Below, piece after piece: positions 53,666 through 60,318 of a stretch of 60,318 bases of DNA. The stretch's first letter is position 1. Each line of letters opens with the position of its first letter. Under the pieces are notes generated by a model. The model was not told where the DNA came from. It did not search any database and was given only the letters and a program-made list of their open reading frames with translations. Position numbers and translations under genes: made by a program. Source of the DNA: a virus (taxonomy: Duplodnaviria; Caudoviricetes); the IMG/VR virus record IMGVR_UViG_3300043783_000122, positions 1-60,318 of that record, one strand, 5' to 3'.

Positions 53666-54019
53666 ATGACCGATGCAGCCAGGTTCTGTTGGTGCGGAAA
53701 GCCGCTCTTGCTCCGTCGCGAGCTTCCCCAGCGCCGAGGAGGGGAGAACTTCGAGTTCATCGTGGGCAGCACGCGGTTCACGGCGAGCGTTCGACGTGAG
53801 TCACGCCGCTCGCAAGTGACCGAGGTCTTCGTGAATGGGCCAAAGGTGGACAGCGATGTGGACGTGACCATTCGCGACGCAGCGGTGGTCATTTCGATCG
53901 CGCTCCAGTACGGGATTCCGGCAAACGAGCTCGCGAACTCCACCGGGCGGAACCCCGATGGCAGCGCGGCCAGTCCGATCGGGGCGATTCTGGACATCCT
54001 AGCGCGGGAAGAGAAATGA
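53666..54019 (+). CDS. stand-alone TSCPD/NrdJ C-terminal-like domain protein
   Basis: RRELP.RR...EVF..G.K..S......D.A..ISIALQYG.P. Confidence 0.65.
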   Translation: MTDAARFCWCGKPLLLRRELPQRRGGENFEFIVGSTRFTASVRRESRRSQVTEVFVNGPKVDSDVDVTIRDAAVVISIALQYGIPANELANSTGRNPDGSAASPIGAILDILAREEK

Positions 54020-54288
54020 CGAAGCCTCGTGCGCAGCGGGCAGAGCGGGGCTACACGAACGCGGAGCGGCGAGCAAAGCTCCTGCGCCAATGCGCGACGT
54101 TCCTGGCCTCGCTGGTCATGCAGAGCGACCACGCGGTGCGCGAGTCGGGCAGGGTGCGCGGCGAGCTCGCGCAGGCCCAATATGACTTCGCGGGAGACTT
54201 GGCGGAGACGATTGATGCCGAACTCGCACGAGACAGGCGCTATGATGACAATCGCAACGAGGTGAGAGATGAAAAAAGAACAGTCTAA
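54016..54288 (+). CDS. hypothetical protein
   Basis: 90 aa, ATGA coupling. Confidence 0.5.
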   Translation: MTKPRAQRAERGYTNAERRAKLLRQCATFLASLVMQSDHAVRESGRVRGELAQAQYDFAGDLAETIDAELARDRRYDDNRNEVRDEKRTV

Positions 54289-54745
54289 GCCACGCAAATT
54301 TAACTCTCGTGGGATGCCGGTAATCACCGATGCTGATGTTTATAGGATGAGACGAGAGGGACGAAGGGGCACTTCCTATAAGGTCGGTCCAAGAATTCGT
54401 CGGTGTTGTCGTCCTAGCTGCCGTTGACTCAGCATGCGGGAGGATAGTGAGTTGGCCCAGGCCGTTGCGAGGCAAATCGCGACGTATAACGGGCAAATAT
54501 TCTCGAAGTGTTCGCTCGACACGCGGAGCGCGCTCATCACGCTCGCATACAGCATCATGGCCACGGTCGAGCGGCTGAAAGGCGGGCAACAATGAGACAT
54601 TACCTCTTCGCTGTGCCAGAGGGCGCAATCGAGATCAATTTGCCCGATGCAACGCTATCGGCCGAATCAGTAGCAGACCTGACTGCGTACATTGCCGTGA
54701 CTATGCGGATAGTCGAGCGTAGCATACGCGAGAAGGAGGCCAAAG

Positions 54746-55096
54746 ATGGAAAAGCCTCGTCCTAGCATCACCCCCCTCCCCGCCAGCGCGCTCTTCCACT
54801 TTGCCTTCACGCTGGACGAGTACGCGGCCATCAAGGCGGCCACGGCGTTCTTTGCGGAGAAGTTGCGTGATCCGAGGGAGAAGGATAAGGCCCAGCGGGC
54901 GCTGGCGAAGCTGGAGAGCCCCACAGGGCTTTCGCTGCCGAGCGTGGAGGGCGAGGGAGCGGGCACAGAGGCCGGTTACGTCAAGAGCGGCGATTCGAAA
55001 CTCGATACCATCGTTGGACCGCCAAAGAAGGGCGAGGTGGCGAACGAGAAACGCCCTGCGAAGGGCCTCGCGGGACTGGGAGGGAAGAAAGCGTGA
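54746..55096 (+). CDS. hypothetical protein
   Basis: 116 aa, AAGGAGG RBS. Confidence 0.55.
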   Translation: MEKPRPSITPLPASALFHFAFTLDEYAAIKAATAFFAEKLRDPREKDKAQRALAKLESPTGLSLPSVEGEGAGTEAGYVKSGDSKLDTIVGPPKKGEVANEKRPAKGLAGLGGKKA

Positions 55097-55258
55097 CACT
55101 CCGAACGCCTTATGATGGCGCGCCATACTACTGCGCTGTATGCGGCATTGGTCACTACGCCATGCTGCGCTGTACACGACCTGATTGCGAGCGTGAGGAC
55201 GTGCGGGAGGCACAGCGGAGGAAAGAAGAGATGACACGGCAATTTGAAAGAGACTTTA

Positions 55259-56803
55259 ATGCTCGTTAAGACCGAGGAACTGACCCGCGAGAAGCTCGCG
55301 ACCATGCCAGAGGGCCTCGTGCATCAGGTCTATTGCGGCCTCGACACGTGCGTCACGTTCGAGGTCTTCGAGGCGCTCAGCGCGCTTCTCGGCGGCACAG
55401 CGGACGTGGAGCTCTCCTGGCCACTCTTGTACTCCTTCGAGCGCGCGCTCCAAGCCCCCGCGCTGGACATGATGCTCAGGGGCTTCAAGATCGACGAATT
55501 CGAACGTGAGCGCGCTATCGCCCAACTCTCTGGCCAGCTAGCTACCCTGCGTGGCCAGTTAGACACGCTGGGCCGCGCGGTCTGGGATGACTCGCTCAAT
55601 CCTGGCTCGCCCAAGCAGCTCAAGGAGTTCTTCTACCAGCGCATGAGGCTCCCGGAGGTGTGGATACGCGACAAGGGACAGAGAAAGCTCTCCACGAACA
55701 TCGAGGCCCTGGAGAAGCTAGAGGTCTATTTCCACGCCCGGCCCTTCGTGGCGCTCATCCTGGCCTGCCGGGAGACAGCGGGGCTTCTCAAGAAGATTGA
55801 GTCCCCGCTTGAAAATGGCCGCTTCATGTTCAGCTACAACATCGCCGGGACGGAGACGGGGAGGCCCAGCTCGTCGAAGTCTAGCACTGGGAGCGGCAAT
55901 AATATCCAGAACCTCAAGCGCGACGAGGACCTTGAGGAAGGTGAGATCTCCATCCGCAAGATGTTCATAGCGGACCCAGGATATAAGCTCTGCAATATCG
56001 ACCTCGAACAGACCGAGAGCCGCGACGTGGGATTTCTCCAGGGCGCCATCTTGGGCGACTGGACGTACCTCGACGCCTGCGAGAAGGGGGACTTGCACAC
56101 CGCTACGGCGAAGATGGTCTGGCCGGAGCTGGGCTGGAGCGGAGACGCCTCACGCGACCGGGAGATCGCCAACCAGAACTTCTATCGGCACTTCAGTTAT
56201 CGGGATATGAGCAAGCGTGGTGGTCATCTGAGCAACTACATGGGCACCGCGTGGACCGCCGCGCGCTCGCTCAAAGTGCCGCTCCCAATTATGGAGAGCT
56301 TCCGGGAGAAGTACATCGAGCGCGCATTTCCAGCCTTCGCCCCCTGGTGGCAGTGGACGGCGCAGGAGCTTCAGACCAAGGGCGTGCTGACCACGCCCTA
56401 TGGCTTCTCCCGCCAGTTCTTCGGCCGGAGCGATGATGACGCGACGCTGCGGGAGGCCATAGCGTTCGTCCCCCAGAGCATGACGGCCAATAGGATGTCA
56501 CTGGGGATGTGGAGAATCTGGAAGTTCATGCCAGAGGTGGAGCTCTTGGCGGAGGTGTACGACAGCGTGTGCTTCCAGTACAAAGAGGGCACCGAGCTAG
56601 CAGTGATCCCCAAGGCCCTGAAGCTCTGCGAGGTCCCGCTCGTCGCCCCGAGCGGCCGAGTGATGACCGTTCCGGCCGAGGCGAAGACGGGATTCAACTG
56701 GGGAGCCCATAGTGCCGCCAACCCTGACGGGCTGATGAAATGGTCACCCAAACGTCCTGACACTCGAAAGCGGTCGCTCGGCGGCCGGGAGAGGATTCTT
56801 TAG
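55259..56803 (+). CDS. polA: family A DNA polymerase (part 2: ExoIII plus polymerase domain)
   Basis: YCGLD (ExoIII), N.GSPKQL, GTETGR.SS, N.QN, motif A DLEQTESR, DLH, motif B RDMSKRGGHLSNY, PQS, motif C VYDS. Confidence 0.9.
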   Translation: MLVKTEELTREKLATMPEGLVHQVYCGLDTCVTFEVFEALSALLGGTADVELSWPLLYSFERALQAPALDMMLRGFKIDEFERERAIAQLSGQLATLRGQLDTLGRAVWDDSLNPGSPKQLKEFFYQRMRLPEVWIRDKGQRKLSTNIEALEKLEVYFHARPFVALILACRETAGLLKKIESPLENGRFMFSYNIAGTETGRPSSSKSSTGSGNNIQNLKRDEDLEEGEISIRKMFIADPGYKLCNIDLEQTESRDVGFLQGAILGDWTYLDACEKGDLHTATAKMVWPELGWSGDASRDREIANQNFYRHFSYRDMSKRGGHLSNYMGTAWTAARSLKVPLPIMESFREKYIERAFPAFAPWWQWTAQELQTKGVLTTPYGFSRQFFGRSDDDATLREAIAFVPQSMTANRMSLGMWRIWKFMPEVELLAEVYDSVCFQYKEGTELAVIPKALKLCEVPLVAPSGRVMTVPAEAKTGFNWGAHSAANPDGLMKWSPKRPDTRKRSLGGRERIL

Positions 56804-56804
56804 C

Positions 56805-57002
56805 ATGTCCAGATGCGCTGAACATTTCACTTGTGACCGCTGTGGAAATGCGATAGATGAAAGGCGCCATGCCATGGCCGAGATAATTTTGGACGATATG
56901 CACCACATTTCTAAGCCGGATAATATGTTCGATCTGTGCCAATACTGCTATATTGATTTGCAGACTTGGCTTCTTGCAAAGTATCATAAAGGAGGAAGGT
57001 GA
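56805..57002 (+). CDS. small zinc-finger protein
   Basis: CDRCG...DLCQYC. Confidence 0.6.
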   Translation: MSRCAEHFTCDRCGNAIDERRHAMAEIILDDMHHISKPDNMFDLCQYCYIDLQTWLLAKYHKGGR

Positions 57003-57277
57003 TGCCAATCGAACTGACCGACGAGGCCAGAATGGCCATTGCGCACATGCTCGCCACCACGCAGGCGGCCTTCGAGGCAGGGGAGCTGGAGGGGCTAATC
57101 ATCATCCCGATCCGTGCGGACACCGGCGGGGTGGGGATACTGGCCGGCCCGACGCCCCTGATCTCCCACCAACTGCGCATGGCCGAATTGAACCTCATGC
57201 TGCATGAGATCTCCGAGGCCCAAAAGCGCGCGCAGGCGGCGCAGGGCATCTTCATCCATACTGCTGGTAATGCGTAA
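56999..57277 (+). CDS. hypothetical protein
   Basis: 92 aa, AGGAGG RBS. Confidence 0.55.
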   Translation: MMPIELTDEARMAIAHMLATTQAAFEAGELEGLIIIPIRADTGGVGILAGPTPLISHQLRMAELNLMLHEISEAQKRAQAAQGIFIHTAGNA

Positions 57278-57294
57278 CGAGTCGGACGTGCAGA

Positions 57295-58557
57295 GTGCAT
57301 CAGGTCATTCCCCTAGTTCCACAAGAAGCCCCTTTGGCCGAGAAGGAGGACTGGCTAAAGGGCTATCTCGCTATAACGGAGGGACTGCCCACGGCGCCGA
57401 TCTTTCGCCTCTGGTCGGGCATCGCCACGGTAGCCGCTGCAATGGAGCGCCGCGCGTGGGTGTGGTACAATAAGCAGTTGCTCTTTCCCAATATGTTCGT
57501 TCTTCTCTGTGCTCCGCCAGCGGCGGGGAAAAGTCAGAGTATAAAACCGGCCAAGAGGCTCTTGAAAGAGTCGAAAGCTGCTTTCATGGCGCCAGATGAT
57601 ATGACGAAGGCGTTCACGCTGGACGAGCTCAGCGGCAGCGTCAGGAGGATACTCTACAAGGGGACGACAATGGAGTACCATCCGCTCTGCATCATGGCCC
57701 CGGAGTTCGGAACGCTGGTCAACGCCCATGATCTGGAGTTCTTCAGCTTGCTCAACAAGCTCTTCGATAACGAGGACGAGCACAGGTCAGGTCGGCGCGG
57801 TCATCACGGGGGGAAAGAGATACACATACCGTACCCGACGATCAACATTCTGGCCGGGACCCAGCCTGGCTATCTTGCGAGCCTGCTCCCCGAGGAGGCT
57901 TGGCACATGGGGACGACCTCGCGTCTCATGATGATCTACGCCGCCGGGGCGGAGCCCAGGGCGACCTCTCCGTTCGACCGGGGGGAGGACCCCAAGGAGC
58001 TCCACGACTCGCTCGTAGCCTCCCTGGCCGAGATGGCCAAGCAGATCGGGGAGTTCGTCGTCACGCCGGAGGCGAGGCTGGCGGTGGAATTGTGGCTCAG
58101 CGCAGGGCTCAATCCAGTGCCTGAGCACCCCAGATTGATCTACTATAACGGCCGGAGGGAGATATACGTGATGAAACTCGCGATGATCGCGGCGATGTCG
58201 AGGGCGCAGGAGCTCGTCATCACGCTCGCGGACGTGCAGCGGGCGAAAAGCTGGATGCTCAGCGCGGAGAACGCTATGCCCGACATCTTCCGGGATATGC
58301 ACCTCAAGAGCGACGCCACGCTCATGAACGAGTGCCACCGCTTCGTCATGGCGATGTGGGTAGAGTCGTCCCGCGTTATCGCCGACCGCGTGCCTGTGCA
58401 TAAGAGCGACGTGATGCGCTTCCTCGCCCTGAGATGCCCCGCCGATAAGGCCGAGAAGGTCCTGGAGACGATGGTCATGAGCGATTGGCTCGCGGTGGAT
58501 CATAATAATCCCATGCTGTATCATCCCCGAGCGCGCGGGTTCCGGACGGATGAATGA
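57295..58557 (+). CDS. DUF3987/YfjI-like P-loop helicase
   Basis: P.IF..WS......AA..R..W...PN.FV.L.APPAAGKS, PEFG, R......I..P.IN.LAGTQP, G..SR. Confidence 0.75.
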   Translation: MHQVIPLVPQEAPLAEKEDWLKGYLAITEGLPTAPIFRLWSGIATVAAAMERRAWVWYNKQLLFPNMFVLLCAPPAAGKSQSIKPAKRLLKESKAAFMAPDDMTKAFTLDELSGSVRRILYKGTTMEYHPLCIMAPEFGTLVNAHDLEFFSLLNKLFDNEDEHRSGRRGHHGGKEIHIPYPTINILAGTQPGYLASLLPEEAWHMGTTSRLMMIYAAGAEPRATSPFDRGEDPKELHDSLVASLAEMAKQIGEFVVTPEARLAVELWLSAGLNPVPEHPRLIYYNGRREIYVMKLAMIAAMSRAQELVITLADVQRAKSWMLSAENAMPDIFRDMHLKSDATLMNECHRFVMAMWVESSRVIADRVPVHKSDVMRFLALRCPADKAEKVLETMVMSDWLAVDHNNPMLYHPRARGFRTDE

Positions 58558-58586
58558 TTGACATTTTACACGAATTGTGCTACACA
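58558..58586 (+). promoter_or_regulatory. sigma70-like promoter TTGACA-17-TACACA
   Basis: Exact -35, spacer ending TGTGC; GAGGAG RBS downstream. Confidence 0.75.
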
Positions 58587-58624
58587 TTGGCAATCCTGCC
58601 ATGTGCAAATGAGGAGAGACGACG

Positions 58625-58837
58625 ATGAAGTTCTTCGTGATGGATTATACAGGCCACAGCACGCTCGAATTCTCGCCCGAGCAGAAGGCCGAGGCACAGA
58701 GCAAGTTCGACGAACTACTCGCCGAGGGCAAGATCGCCGGAACGCGAAAGGCCGGGGCGAGCGACTACCAAAAGGTGAAGAGCTTCGACGAGCTCTCCGA
58801 CGAGACTACCTTCACGCCCCAGCGCGTCGGAGGCTAG
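58625..58837 (+). CDS. 70-aa protein with C-terminal di-glycine (..PQRVGG)
   Basis: Own promoter, strong RBS, highly biased codon usage. Confidence 0.75.
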   Translation: MKFFVMDYTGHSTLEFSPEQKAEAQSKFDELLAEGKIAGTRKAGASDYQKVKSFDELSDETTFTPQRVGG

Positions 58838-58852
58838 CACTGTGCGCATAGT

Positions 58853-59626
58853 GTGATTCAGCTCGAACATGATGGCCTGTGCTGTCGGTGGCTTTACGAT
58901 TATGATATAGCCACCGACAGCATGCTCACGCGTTTCGACGCGATTATGGGCCAGCAGCTTCGCGAGAATCGGTTCAATCATATTACACCGGAGATAATTA
59001 TCTTCGCCCTGGAGCACTACGCAGCGCAGATCGAGGAAGTCAAACGACGAGCGAGAGCCGAGCCGGGGCTCCAGTTCTCCTATAACTTTCATATAACGCA
59101 CCATGAGATCATTCGCGCACAAGAGAGGCCAAGGCATCTTGATGTTCTCTACGACCATATGCACTTTAGGCCAGAGTGGCTCGTCTATCACGAGGGCGCA
59201 AACAGCTCGTATGCCGATCGAGCCAGGGCGGAGGCTAAGAGTATCGAGCTGCTCAAGTCCTGGCTAGACCCAACTCAGCTGCGAGACTATAAAAGCCACC
59301 GGCACTTCACTGTGCGAGGTAGCGACACGGGGAAGTTTTATCGTCTGGTCGGAGAGAGGAGCTACAATATCCTCGAACTTGGAGGCTCCTCGATGGAGCC
59401 CAATGGGAACAAGTTCTGCGTCGTTCCGCGTGATAGCGTAGCCATGGGAGACCAGCTCCTGGCGCAGAAAATCTGGCTGGAGACGGACGAGGCTAGAACG
59501 CTCGCGATAGCGAATAAGGTCGCTAGGGGCGGCAATGGACAACTCTTGCAACATATCACGCGGGAGGTGATAGAGATGTTTCAGAACAGTAATGTGTTTC
59601 TTCGAAATCTCCGAGACCACGAATGA
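58853..59626 (+). CDS. partner of the GG-terminated protein; hypothetical
   Basis: LL.SWL...Q......F.V.GS.TG..YR.....N..E....FC..P....GD.LLAQK..LE.DE...LA.AN. Confidence 0.7.
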   Translation: MIQLEHDGLCCRWLYDYDIATDSMLTRFDAIMGQQLRENRFNHITPEIIIFALEHYAAQIEEVKRRARAEPGLQFSYNFHITHHEIIRAQERPRHLDVLYDHMHFRPEWLVYHEGANSSYADRARAEAKSIELLKSWLDPTQLRDYKSHRHFTVRGSDTGKFYRLVGERSYNILELGGSSMEPNGNKFCVVPRDSVAMGDQLLAQKIWLETDEARTLAIANKVARGGNGQLLQHITREVIEMFQNSNVFLRNLRDHE

Positions 59627-59880
59627 CAAGAAAAGGCCCCCGCAGGCTAGAGATAGAGCGCCGCCTCGCGCTCTTTCACGCGAATAGGCCGAGGGTGATC
59701 GCCCGTGAGCTCGGGGTCTCGACCGCGTGGGTCAATGACGTTTCGCTGATGATGCGGGCGGCGCGAGTAAGGGCGCAAAGGGGCGAAAAACGGCCTTCAC
59801 AAATCGACGTGGGTAAGGAATTTGGTGGAAAAGGTACGGAACATTCAAGAATTGGAAAACGCACCACGGACGCGTGCTAG
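59623..59880 (+). CDS. small HTH DNA-binding protein
   Basis: IARELGVSTAWV. Confidence 0.6.
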   Translation: MTRKGPRRLEIERRLALFHANRPRVIARELGVSTAWVNDVSLMMRAARVRAQRGEKRPSQIDVGKEFGGKGTEHSRIGKRTTDAC

Positions 59881-60079
59881 GGCGGCAAAACGGGTATCTA
59901 TCCCCTTGAAATCATTGACGAATTAGCGACTTCCTAATAAATCTCGCCGCCCTCGGCCGCAGTCGTCTCGCTCTTCTTCTGGCGAGTCGAACCTTCCACA
60001 GGGCGAAGTCCTCCAGTATCTCTTCGGGCGTCAGAGCTCTCTTACTCACTCGTGATAGCCCCTGGAACCCATAACGAGG

Positions 60080-60244
60080 CTAGATTCGCCCGGCTAGAAG
60101 CAGCACAAGCAGGATAATGACGAGCAAGCCCAGCCCGCCTCCGCCGTAGTATCCCGTGCCGTAGAAGTTCCCACCGCGAAGGCCGCTGAAGCCGCCCAGC
60201 AGGAGGATGACCAGGATGACTAGAATAATCGTACCTGCGCTCAT
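60080..60244 (-). CDS. DUF3309-like small membrane protein
   Basis: GTIILVILVILLLGG...YG.GYYGGGGLGL..II.L.L.L.GRI; AAGGAG RBS. Confidence 0.75.
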   Translation of the reverse strand: MSAGTIILVILVILLLGGFSGLRGGNFYGTGYYGGGGLGLLVIILLVLLLAGRI

Positions 60245-60318
60245 CTCATTTCTCCTTAATCTTCCCCCTGATGGTGTATTCCCCATTCACGTCCGGCTGG
60301 ACGACGCCGCGACCGTGA

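Noticed and set aside
53559-55258. Intron or split intein joining the two polymerase halves
   Set aside because: Interval is filled with ordinary coupled small ORFs; no homing endonuclease and no intein terminal residues (N-terminal C/S, C-terminal HN) at the junctions
1-60318. Prophage/temperate status or stop-codon recoding
   Set aside because: No integrase, CI-like repressor, ParA or host flanks recognised; core genes are intact in the standard code and end in TAA, TAG and TGA

Overview
The window is an apparently near-complete, GC-rich dsDNA tailed-phage genome with podovirus-type structural genes. It has two divergent arms separated by a mostly non-coding, repeat-containing region at about 34.3-35.3 kb. 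The minus-strand arm (about 34.3 kb to 1, apparently continuing at 60.3-60.08 kb) carries lysis genes (DUF1906/GH25-like endolysin, RlpA-like, CHAP-like, holin candidates), terminase, a P22-like portal, scaffold and coat, adaptor and tail-hub proteins, ejection proteins and several fibre-like proteins. The plus-strand arm (35.3-59.9 kb) carries a MoxR-like AAA+ ATPase and partner, HIRAN, a PD-(D/E)XK exonuclease, a Sak4-like ATPase, SSB, a ParB-methyltransferase fusion, HAD phosphatase, MazG, a split family A DNA polymerase and a DUF3987-type helicase. I recognised no integrase, repressor, primase, tRNA or CRISPR array. Promoter style (TTGACA-17-TAnnnn preceded by TGC, often lacking the -7 T) and DUF3309/RlpA/CHAP-like genes suggest an alphaproteobacterial (Hyphomicrobiales-like) host, which is an inference. 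Highlights: (1) at least six fibre or virion-module genes begin with Sec-type signal peptides; (2) a 75-aa Tat-signal protein consists of two major-capsid segments in permuted order; (3) an acidic D-L-W-x-S motif recurs in several unrelated early proteins; (4) a separately promoted small protein ending in Gly-Gly is paired with a Cys-containing partner; (5) PolA is split inside its proofreading domain and has His at position 762; (6) a zincin-like domain is fused to a HiPIP-like domain. All family calls come from motif recognition by eye, not database searches.
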